Shown here: positions 32,935 to 41,289 of the stretch, piece after piece
How positions within the stretch are numbered: the stretch's first letter is position 1
Layout of the letters: each line of letters starts with the position of its first letter
NCBI GenBank assembly: GCA_024641945.1
Contig: JAHECD010000005.1
Location: forward strand, 1,537 to 65,536
From: Rubrivivax sp.
GTDB lineage: Bacteria > Pseudomonadota > Gammaproteobacteria > Burkholderiales > Burkholderiaceae_C
DNA: 64,000 nt
Direction of reading: 5' to 3'
Notes under the pieces: generated by a model
The model's database searches: none
Seen by the model: only the letters and a program-made list of their open reading frames with translations
What the model was told of the DNA's origin: nothing
Program-made: the position numbers and the translations under genes

Positions 32935-33023
32935 CATTGGCGAACGGACGAACACAGAACTCCGTGCGGCAACCTGGCGCTGGTACAGGCCTCGCTGGGC
33001 GCGCGTCGACGTTGTAGCCGTCC

Positions 33024-34544
33024 TTATCCGCTCAGCTGGCGCCAAAGCGACGGCTCGAGCGTGGCCGCCGACATCAGGCCGCTCATGAAGGCCGCCTGCA
33101 CCCCCGGCCCGGCGACGTCCTGTCCCGCAAGAAGAAGTCCCGGTACGGGCGTTCGAAGCCTCAAGGCGTCGCTGACCAGGCGCTCGACGGACATCTCCAC
33201 GCCGTACATGGACCCGTCGACCGCGCGCACGAAGCGCTGCTGCGTCAGCGGCGTGGCGGCCTCGTGGAAGCGCACCATCGGCGCCAGCGTGGGGAAATGG
33301 CGCTCGAATTGCCCGAGCAGCCTCTGTGCGACCCACGCCTTGAAGGCGGGGTAGTCGTCGGCCGAATGCTGTTTGTCGAGCCACGGCGCGAAGGCGGCGC
33401 GATCGACGACGGCGAGCGCCTCGGCCGTGGGTGGCCCTTGCCACGCAGGGTCCTTCAACGATGGGAAACTGACGAACAGACCCGGTGCGTCCTCGTCTGC
33501 AGGCTGCCGCCACAATTGGCCGATATCGTTGCTTTCATAGATCCAATGGTTGGCCGACGTCGCGCCGGCACCGACGATGTCACCCTCGAGCCCAAGATAG
33601 AGTGCCACGAAGCCTGGTCCCGGCTCGAGCGCGCTTGCCTTCTGACGCCACTCCCCGGCGACCGACCCGTCCAGGCAGGACAGCGTGTTGGCGACGCCGA
33701 TGTCGGAGATCACGTGCTCGGCACGCTCCACGGTCACCGACCCAGCGCGCAACACCTCGACCCCGACCGCACGGCCCTCCTCGACGAGGATCCGGCGCAC
33801 GTCGGCACCAAGACGGCATTCGCCGCCTGCACTTCGCACGGTCGGCAGCAACGTCTCGGCAAAACGCGCGGGGCCACCGACCGGGAAGTAGGCGCCACCG
33901 TCGTACGCCCCGGTTACCCATGCATGTTCGATGAACGGTGCAATCGCTGGCGGCGCACCATAGTCGGCCCATCGGGCACCGAGCACGGCGCGCAACTGCG
34001 GGTGGGCGATGTCCGCAAGTAGATCCGCCAGCGTGCGACCTGACCAGGCGTCGGCCTGTCGGCCGCGCAGAATGCGAAAGCCCCAGCCGATCCATGCCGG
34101 AAGCTGGTGCGACGCCATCAACGTGGTGCCGGCCTTGCGTGCTTCGTGGCACGCGTGGAACCAGCGGTCGATCGACGCCGTCTCGCTCGGAAAGCGCTCG
34201 TGAAGTGCCGCGCGGTAGGCGGCCTCCGGGTGCGAGATGCCGAATTCGAAGTCAGGCAGCCGCACGACATCGTATGGATTGGCGCACGGCGCGAATTGCA
34301 GCGTGCCGTCACCGAGCCAATCCAGCAGTCGCCGAAACTGGCTCTCAGGGCCGTCCTGCGGACCGACGCCGCTGACGTAGTGAACACCCGTGGCAAAGAC
34401 CCATTCGTGTCGACGAAACACCTGGGTTTGTCCGCCCGCCACGGTGTGCTGTTCGAGCAACAGGACACGCCTGCCGCGTTTGGCGAGCGCTGCCGCGGCC
34501 GCCAAGCCGCCGATGCCGGACCCGATCACGATGACATGCCACAT
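33024..34544 (-). CDS. FAD-dependent oxidoreductase, phytoene desaturase / all-trans-retinol 13,14-reductase-like
   Basis: VIVIGSGIGGL...LLLEQH..AGG dinucleotide-binding motif, FATGVHY, EAATPLT, LLLAGQDV..PGV.AA..SG; substrate unknown. Confidence 0.82.
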   Translation of the reverse strand: MWHVIVIGSGIGGLAAAAALAKRGRRVLLLEQHTVAGGQTQVFRRHEWVFATGVHYVSGVGPQDGPESQFRRLLDWLGDGTLQFAPCANPYDVVRLPDFEFGISHPEAAYRAALHERFPSETASIDRWFHACHEARKAGTTLMASHQLPAWIGWGFRILRGRQADAWSGRTLADLLADIAHPQLRAVLGARWADYGAPPAIAPFIEHAWVTGAYDGGAYFPVGGPARFAETLLPTVRSAGGECRLGADVRRILVEEGRAVGVEVLRAGSVTVERAEHVISDIGVANTLSCLDGSVAGEWRQKASALEPGPGFVALYLGLEGDIVGAGATSANHWIYESNDIGQLWRQPADEDAPGLFVSFPSLKDPAWQGPPTAEALAVVDRAAFAPWLDKQHSADDYPAFKAWVAQRLLGQFERHFPTLAPMVRFHEAATPLTQQRFVRAVDGSMYGVEMSVERLVSDALRLRTPVPGLLLAGQDVAGPGVQAAFMSGLMSAATLEPSLWRQLSG

Positions 34545-34617
34545 TCATGACTCTCGGTTGACCGCCGGGATCAGTCTCGGGGATCGGGCGCAGGCCGCAA
34601 CTGATTGAAATCAATCC

Positions 34618-35391
34618 TCAGTCTGCACGGTCCAGCAGGCCGACGCCGCTGTCGTCCTTGAGAGCCGTGCCACTCAAACGCAGCCGCAGCGACTGCTGCA
34701 GCAACCACGCGATGCGGCCGGCTGCTCGTTCGGGCGGCAGCCCTGCGGCGCGGATGTTGCTGACGCAGTTTCGTTGCGCATCGACACGTCCGACTTCGGG
34801 CGCGTAGGTGAGGTAGGCGCCCAGGCTGTCGGGGGCGCTCAGGCCGGGCCGCTCGCCGATGAGCATCAACGCCGTGCGTGCACCCAGCAGTGCACCGATC
34901 TCGTCGGCCAGCGCCACACGCGCCTGCGTCGCAACGACCGGTGGGGCCCAGCGCAGCGTGCCGCCCAGGGCCCCGTGCAGCGCGCGCATCAACGTCGGCC
35001 CGTGCGTCTTCACCGCCAGCGCCGACAGGCCGTCACCCAGCACCACGACCACATCGAACGGCGACGGCGGCCGGTCGATGGCCTGCAACTGCCGCACGCC
35101 GTCCGCCGCCAGGCGGCGGCCGAGGTCGGGGCGCCTGAGGTACTCGTCGCGTGTCGCTGCACGGCTGCAGACCTGGACCGTGGGCCAGCCTTCGGCCTGA
35201 AATTGCGAGCACAGTTCGGCGGCGTCCAGCGGCAAGTGCACGGCGTCACGCGCCTGGGCATGATCGGCCGCGAAGCGCAGCACTTCCGCCGTTGGCAGGC
35301 CGGTGCCGCTGCGGCCCAGCGCGATGCGCGCCGGCGTATGGCGGCGCAGTTCGAGCCAGGGATCGGCCTCCGCAGCAATCGGCAGCTTCAT
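34618..35391 (-). CDS. eutC: Ethanolamine ammonia-lyase small subunit
   Basis: TPARIALGRSG, HAQARDAV, YLRRPDLGRRL, DGLSA, LIGERPGLS.PDSLGAYLT, RNCVSNI. Confidence 0.96.
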   Translation of the reverse strand: MKLPIAAEADPWLELRRHTPARIALGRSGTGLPTAEVLRFAADHAQARDAVHLPLDAAELCSQFQAEGWPTVQVCSRAATRDEYLRRPDLGRRLAADGVRQLQAIDRPPSPFDVVVVLGDGLSALAVKTHGPTLMRALHGALGGTLRWAPPVVATQARVALADEIGALLGARTALMLIGERPGLSAPDSLGAYLTYAPEVGRVDAQRNCVSNIRAAGLPPERAAGRIAWLLQQSLRLRLSGTALKDDSGVGLLDRAD

Positions 35392-36785
35392 CGGGGTGCT
35401 TCGAGCAACCGTGCGACCGACGACACCAACGTTGGCACCGAGGACGCGGGCAGCAAGGTGCCGGCGCCATCCGTGATACCCATGCGCTGCAACCAGGCTT
35501 CGAATTCCGGCGCACGCTTCAGCCCCAGCAGGCGGCGCACGAACAATGCGTCGTGGAACGAGGTGCTCTGGTAATTGAGCATCACGTCGTCTGCGCCGGG
35601 CACGCCCATCACGAAATTGACCCCGCTGGCCGCCAGCAGCACGAGCAGGTTGTCCATGTCGTCCTGGTCGGCTTCGGCGTGGTTGGTGTAGCAGATGTCG
35701 CAGCCCATCGGCAGCCCGAGCAGCTTGCCGCAGAAGTGATCCTCGAGCCCGGCGCGCACGATCTGCTTGCCGTCGTACAGGTATTCGGGGCCGATGAACC
35801 CGACCACCGTATTCACCAGCAAGGGCCGGTAGCGCCGTGCCACCGCATAAGCGCGGGCTTCGAGCGTCTGCTGGTCGACACCGTGGTGAGCGCCGGCCGA
35901 CAGGGCGCTGCCCTGACCGGTCTCGAAATACATCACGTTGTCGCCCAACGTGCCCCGCCGCAGCGACAACGCAGCGGCATGTGCCTCTTCGAGCAGCGCC
36001 AAATCGATGCCGAAGCTCCGGTTCGCGGCCTCGGTGCCTGCAATCGACTGAAACACCAGGTCCACGGGCGCGCCAAGCTCCAGTGCCCGCATCGTGTTGG
36101 TGACGTGCGTCAACACGCAGGCCTGTGTCGGGAGCTGGTGCTGCTGGATCAATTCGTCGAGCAATTGCAGCAGGCGCACGAGCTCCGGCACGCTGTCGGC
36201 CACCGGATTGACGCCGATGACGGCGTCGCCGGCGCCGTACATCAGGCCGTCCAGCACGCTGGCCAGGATGCCTGCCGGGCTGTCGGCCGGATGGTTGGGC
36301 TGCAGGCGCAATGCCAGGTGGCCAGGCAGGCCCAGGGTGTCGCGAAAGCGTGTCACGACATGGCAGCGGCGGGCCACGGAAATCAGGTCTTGATTGCGCA
36401 TGAGCTTGCTCACGGCGGCCACCATCTCGGGCGTCAGGCCCGGCGCCAGTGCGGCCAGCACGTCCGGCGTCGTCGCATCGGCGAGCAGCCAGTCGCGGAA
36501 GTCGCCGACCGTCAGATGCGCGACCGGCGCGAACGCCTGCGTCTCGTGGTCGTCGATGATCAACCGCGTGACGGCGTCCTCTTCGTACGGGACCACGGCC
36601 TGTTGCACGAACACCTTGAGAGGCAGGTCGGCAAGCACCTGGCGTGCTGCGATCCGCTCACGCGCACTGTTCGCGGCCAGCCCAGCGAGCTGGTCGCCCG
36701 ACCGCGCTGGCGTGGCCTTGGCCAGCAGGTCGCGCAGATCGGCGAAATGAAAGCGTTCGCCACCGACCGTGGCTGCATGCGTCAT
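35388..36785 (-). CDS. eutB: Ethanolamine ammonia-lyase large subunit
   Basis: LLAKAT.ARSGD.LAG, RLQPNHP, GDAVIGVNP, MYFETGQGSALS, VNTVVGFIGPEY, GLEDHFCGK, GCDICYTNH. Confidence 0.97.
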   Translation of the reverse strand: MTHAATVGGERFHFADLRDLLAKATPARSGDQLAGLAANSARERIAARQVLADLPLKVFVQQAVVPYEEDAVTRLIIDDHETQAFAPVAHLTVGDFRDWLLADATTPDVLAALAPGLTPEMVAAVSKLMRNQDLISVARRCHVVTRFRDTLGLPGHLALRLQPNHPADSPAGILASVLDGLMYGAGDAVIGVNPVADSVPELVRLLQLLDELIQQHQLPTQACVLTHVTNTMRALELGAPVDLVFQSIAGTEAANRSFGIDLALLEEAHAAALSLRRGTLGDNVMYFETGQGSALSAGAHHGVDQQTLEARAYAVARRYRPLLVNTVVGFIGPEYLYDGKQIVRAGLEDHFCGKLLGLPMGCDICYTNHAEADQDDMDNLLVLLAASGVNFVMGVPGADDVMLNYQSTSFHDALFVRRLLGLKRAPEFEAWLQRMGITDGAGTLLPASSVPTLVSSVARLLEAPR

Positions 36786-37089
36786 CGGCCCATTGTGCCG
36801 ATGATGTGCGCGGCACTTTCAACGCATGCTGCATGCATGTGCTGGCAGGGCCGGATCATCGCGCCGCCTGATGTCCGCGCGGTGGGATCGGGGCGAAGGG
36901 AGCCGAGCGTGCGCGGGACGCAAGTGCGGCACGGGCGACCCGGCCACCGGCCCTGGCGGGCGGAGCCGGCTGCCAAGCATGCCGTCGCTGCCGACTGTGA
37001 ACTCTCGGCATCTGCCGGCCTGGGATGACAGGAGCGGCCGGCGACAACCCGCCGGCCTTCTGGAGAGCCGACGAGCTGCCGTCGTCAGT

Positions 37090-37542
37090 TCAAAGCGCGG
37101 CGTCCTTGAGCTTCTTGAGTGCGCGCGTCTTGATCTTGACACTTGCCGGCTTGGCAGCGAAGACACGCTCTTGCTTCGTGAACGGGTCGATGCCGGTGCG
37201 CTTTTTCTTGGCCGGCACATTGATGACGTTGACCTTCAGAAGCCCCGGCAGCGTGAATGAGCCCAGGCCCTTCTTGTGCACCGATGCCAACATCGTGGCC
37301 TCGAGCGAAGCGATCACGGCTTTCACGGCCTTGATCTCGACCGCAGCCAATTCCGCCAGATGCGTGACCAGGCTGGACTTGTTGAAGGCACTGGTGATGG
37401 GCTTCACCGAGGCGACCGTCTTGGCCGGTCCGGCAGCCTTGACGGCCTTCTTTGCCGCTGCGGCGGGCTTCTTCGTCTTGGGTGCAGGAGCCGCCGCCTT
37501 TTTCGTCGGTACCTTGCTCGTCGTCTTCTTTGCAGTCGCCAT
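37090..37542 (-). CDS. HU/IHF-family DNA-binding protein with a Lys/Ala/Pro-rich N-terminal tail
   Basis: About 46-aa KKAAAPAPKTKKPAAAAKK tail, then HU fold (KSSLV...FTLPGLLKV...R.GIDPFT.QER.FAAKPAS..IK.RALKKLKDA); TAGAAT on the minus strand at 37596-37601. Confidence 0.88.
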   Translation of the reverse strand: MATAKKTTSKVPTKKAAAPAPKTKKPAAAAKKAVKAAGPAKTVASVKPITSAFNKSSLVTHLAELAAVEIKAVKAVIASLEATMLASVHKKGLGSFTLPGLLKVNVINVPAKKKRTGIDPFTKQERVFAAKPASVKIKTRALKKLKDAAL

Positions 37543-37799
37543 GGGGTCTTGTTTCCTAAAAAATTGAAATGCGGCCGGGTTTCCGGACCGCCGTGATTCT
37601 AGGTGTGTGCCCGTTCGGTGCAGAGAGCTTCCTGCACACGCGACGCGACGGTGTGTCGTTGAAGGCCCTGGCGGCATTCGACGTCGGATATCCGGTCCGA
37701 ATTTCGCCAGTGAGCGCCAAAGGGTCGGCCCCGCCTTGCCGCAGTGTGGAACTGCATTCGAGGACGTGCTCCAGATCGCCGCGCGGCGTGAACGCCGGT

Positions 37800-40136
37800 T
37801 CAGCCCAAACGCCACCAGGAGGGCAACAGCGCGACGACGTCCTCGCGGTGATATCGGTCGTCCAGCAACCAAAGCCATCCCCGGTCCTCGGGCGTCCTCA
37901 ACACGCGGCCCGCTGCCTGCACGACCTTTTGCATGGCCGGAACCAAATCCGCGTAGCCATGTTCGGCGCCGAACAGCTTGGCCACGCGTGCCTGAACGGC
38001 GTCTTGGGCCGCAGACACCGGCGGCAGGCCCAGTGTTGCAATGAAGGCACCGATCAGCAATGCACCCGGCAGGTCCACGCCTTCGGCAAACAATCCACCC
38101 AGCACCGCAAAACCGATGCCGTTGCCATCGGGCTCGAAGCGGGCGAGGAAGGCCTGCCGCGCCGAGGCACTCATGCGCCGATCCTGCCGCCATTGCATGA
38201 TCTCCGGCCGTCGTGCGGCCAATGCCGCCGCGGCCTTCTCCAGGTAGTCGAAGCTGCTGAAGAATGCGAGGTAGTTGCCCGGATGTTCGTCGAACTGGCG
38301 TGCCATCACGTCCAACATTCGCGTCATCGAGCGGTCGCGGTCGGCCAAGCGCGTCGAGACTTCGCTGGCCACCTGTACGACCAGATGCTCGGCAGGGAAT
38401 GCCGGCGGCACGTCGATCCACGCCGTGTTCTCGGGCAGCCCCAGCATCTTGATCGCAAAGTCGGGTGGCGCGAGCGTGGCCGAGAACAACGTGACGCTGT
38501 ACAAGGCCGCAAAGCGCTGGCGCAAGAAGCACGCCGGTGCCACATTGCGCACCCGCAGCGTTGCATCGGGCCCACGAGGCTCGACATCGCCATCGGACTC
38601 GATGCCGGTGCTGGTGCTGGAGCGGGTCTGCACTTCGAGCAGCGAGTGATCGCTCAATGCCTCGACGAGCTTGAGGAGGCGTTGCAGTTCGAAGTGGAAG
38701 TCGAGCAGCGGGCCGACCGCCAGCGGCTGCCGATGAAAGTGCGCCGACAGCGCGCCGGCGGCATCCTGCATCGCCTGCACAAAGGTGTCGGGCGCGGTTT
38801 CGAGTACCGCATAGGGCGACGCGGCACTTGCAGCCAGATCTTCCGTCGATCGCGTCAAGGTCACCAGCGATGCGCCGATCCCTGCCGATGCGATCTGCGC
38901 GGCCGCGCGCATCTGGCTCGCGCGAAGCTCGCCGCTGTACATCTGCCGCGCGCGTTCGACCAGGTTGTGCGCCTCGTCGACCAGCACCGCCAGCTTCCAG
39001 TCCAGCGCCTGCACCAGGCCCCACAGCTGGCCGTTGGGGTCGAACAGATGGTGCACGTCACCCACCAGCACATCGGCCCAACGCAACAATTCCTGGCCCA
39101 GGTAATACGGGCAGATGCCGTGCTCCAAGGCGATGCGCCGCTGCGCATCGGCGTCGAGCCAGCCTTCTGCGATCGCCTGCTCGCGTGCAGCGGGCAAACG
39201 GTCGTAGAAGCCTCGGGCGAGTGTGCAGGCGGCGCCGTGGCAGGCCTTGTCGGGGTGCTCGCAGGCCTGGTCCTTGGAGACCATCGCCAAGATGCGCAGC
39301 GCTTGACCTGTGGTCCCGGCGCGCAGCGCGTCCAGCGTCTCCAGGGCCGCAAGCCGCCCTGTCCCCTTGCAGGTGAGGTAGGCGAGCTTGTCGATGCCAT
39401 GGCCCGGCATCGCACGAAGAAGGGGGAACAGTGTGCCTATGGTCTTGCCGATGCCGGTGGGCGCCTGCGCCAGCAGGCATCGGCCCTTGGCTGTTGCGCG
39501 GTACACCGCCTCGGCCAGTCCCCGCTGGCCATCGCGAAAGGCGGCGCGAGGAAAGGCCAGCTTCGTCAACGCGGCATCGCGAGTTGCGCGGTGCCGGGCC
39601 TCCTGCTCTGCCCATTCGGTGAAATGCGCACAGCGTTGTGCCAGTTCGGCATCCAGTTGTTCCGCGCCGAAGACTTCCCGAAGTTCCACTTCGGTCTGGG
39701 ACTCGACATCGAAGTAAACCAGCGCCAGCGCAATCTCCGAAACGTGGCGTGTGCGGCAGAACAGCGCGCCATAGGTCTGCAGTTGTGCCCAATGCAGATG
39801 GCGTCGGTTCTCCGGAATCTCGTCGGGATGGCCGCGGATCGTCTTGATCTCTTCAAGGCAACGGCGGCGCGGGTCATAGCCGTCGGCCCGGCCGCGGACT
39901 TGCAGCTGCCCGCAGGTGCCTTCGAGGGCGATCTCGGTCTCGTAGTCCTGGCCGCGTCGGCTCACCACGGTGTTCTGGCCCTTGAGACCTTCGAGCGCCG
40001 TGGCCGACGGCGTGAAGCGCCGGTCCAGGTCGCCGCGCTTGGCGGTGAACTCGCAAAGACTGCGCACGGACACCGTGTACGACCAGGACGTCTTGTCTAC
40101 GGCGGCGACGGCGGTGTGCGGCGTGGAACTGATCAT
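37800..40136 (-). CDS. Fe-S DinG/XPD(Rad3)-family helicase with an N-terminal PD-(D/E)XK nuclease domain
   Basis: GRADGY...EEIKT...QLQTY nuclease motifs; QAPTGIGKT Walker A; C-x6-C-x4-C...CPY Fe-S ligands; VDEAH; QAAGRVLR motif VI; start ATG 40136 or GTG 40145. Confidence 0.9.
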   Translation of the reverse strand: MISSTPHTAVAAVDKTSWSYTVSVRSLCEFTAKRGDLDRRFTPSATALEGLKGQNTVVSRRGQDYETEIALEGTCGQLQVRGRADGYDPRRRCLEEIKTIRGHPDEIPENRRHLHWAQLQTYGALFCRTRHVSEIALALVYFDVESQTEVELREVFGAEQLDAELAQRCAHFTEWAEQEARHRATRDAALTKLAFPRAAFRDGQRGLAEAVYRATAKGRCLLAQAPTGIGKTIGTLFPLLRAMPGHGIDKLAYLTCKGTGRLAALETLDALRAGTTGQALRILAMVSKDQACEHPDKACHGAACTLARGFYDRLPAAREQAIAEGWLDADAQRRIALEHGICPYYLGQELLRWADVLVGDVHHLFDPNGQLWGLVQALDWKLAVLVDEAHNLVERARQMYSGELRASQMRAAAQIASAGIGASLVTLTRSTEDLAASAASPYAVLETAPDTFVQAMQDAAGALSAHFHRQPLAVGPLLDFHFELQRLLKLVEALSDHSLLEVQTRSSTSTGIESDGDVEPRGPDATLRVRNVAPACFLRQRFAALYSVTLFSATLAPPDFAIKMLGLPENTAWIDVPPAFPAEHLVVQVASEVSTRLADRDRSMTRMLDVMARQFDEHPGNYLAFFSSFDYLEKAAAALAARRPEIMQWRQDRRMSASARQAFLARFEPDGNGIGFAVLGGLFAEGVDLPGALLIGAFIATLGLPPVSAAQDAVQARVAKLFGAEHGYADLVPAMQKVVQAAGRVLRTPEDRGWLWLLDDRYHREDVVALLPSWWRLG

Positions 40137-40426
40137 GGCCCACATTGTCGGCAGCGGAACGAGTCCTTCACGGTCGGGCTACTTTTGGGCGCCGGGTACG
40201 ACACAGGCGAGCCCGTGGCCGGTGCAGCCGACACCGCTGCGGCGGACGCGAGCGGCGAACCAGAGCGTGCCCGAAGTGGCGGCCCGGTATCCGGTCCCGC
40301 ACTCATTCTTGGCACTGCGCAAGGATTGGCCCGAGCGCCGGCAAGCGGCGTTCGCCATCCAGCGCGCTCATCACCGGGGCGTCAGCGCATCGCTGATGCG
40401 GCTTTGGGGGGATTCGAACCACCCGC

Positions 40427-40503
<77 letters not shown>

Positions 40504-40558
40504 TGGCACGAATTCTAGGACGCGAGCACGGCAGCAGGGGCTGCCTGCGCTCACCGAG

Positions 40559-41251
40559 TCATCGGCGCCGGTACTGCGTCTTTCCGAAGAGGATTTCGCG
40601 CGCCTTGTCGCCGGTGACCGGCTTTCGAAGGTCGGCGAGCACTTCCACGCCGCGTTTGACGGCCGGTCGTGCCCCGATCTCGTCGAACCAGCCCTTGAGG
40701 TGAGGGTAGTCGGTCCAGTCGATACCCTGGTTCTTCCACGACCGCAGCCAGGGGAAAACCGCGATGTCTGCGATGCTGTACTCGGCGCCGCCGATATAGC
40801 GGCTGCGTGCGAGACGCCGGTTCATCACGCCGTAGAGTCGTCGAGCCTCGTTGGTGTAGCGATCGATCGCGTACGGAATCTTCTCCGGCGCGTACACGCG
40901 GAAGTGGTGGGCCTGCCCGAGCATCGGCCCGACGCCGCCCATCTGGAACATCAACCACTCGAGCACTTCGTACTTGCCGGCAGTGTCTGCCGGAAGGAAT
41001 CGCCCGACCTTGGCCGCCAGGTACAGCAGGATCGCACCGGACTCGAACAGAGAAATGCTCTTACCGCCCGGCCCGTCCGGGTCCGTCATGGCCGGGATCT
41101 TGTTATTGGGGCTGATGGCGAGGAATTCCGGGGCAAATTGCTCACCGGCGCCGATATCGATCGGGTGCGCGCGGTACTCCAGCCCGCACTCCTCCAGCAT
41201 GATGTGAACCTTGTGACCATTGGGTGTCGGCCATGAGTACAACTCGATCAT
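40559..41251 (-). CDS. Glutathione S-transferase / disulfide reductase, YfcG (Nu-class)-like
   Basis: WPTPNGHKV, ISPNNKIPA, LFESGAILLYLA, WLMFQMGGVGPMLGQ, YSIADIA. Confidence 0.92.
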   Translation of the reverse strand: MIELYSWPTPNGHKVHIMLEECGLEYRAHPIDIGAGEQFAPEFLAISPNNKIPAMTDPDGPGGKSISLFESGAILLYLAAKVGRFLPADTAGKYEVLEWLMFQMGGVGPMLGQAHHFRVYAPEKIPYAIDRYTNEARRLYGVMNRRLARSRYIGGAEYSIADIAVFPWLRSWKNQGIDWTDYPHLKGWFDEIGARPAVKRGVEVLADLRKPVTGDKAREILFGKTQYRRR

Positions 41252-41289
41252 GCTCGGCTCCTGTTCTGACTGCGCGACCACTCTAAACC

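Noticed and set aside
36786-37089. Cobalamin riboswitch upstream of eutB
   Set aside because: The minus strand lacks the conserved AGGGAA / GCAACTGT / GCCAG...CC elements on manual reading; an Infernal search would be definitive.
39560-40136. Cas4 or CRISPR association of the nuclease domain
   Set aside because: It lacks the four-Cys Fe-S staple of Cas4, and no repeat-spacer array or other cas genes were seen in the window.
32898-40426. Active prophage or ICE between the two tRNAs
   Set aside because: No integrase, transposase, phage or conjugation genes, and no long duplicated tRNA 3' end at the far boundary.
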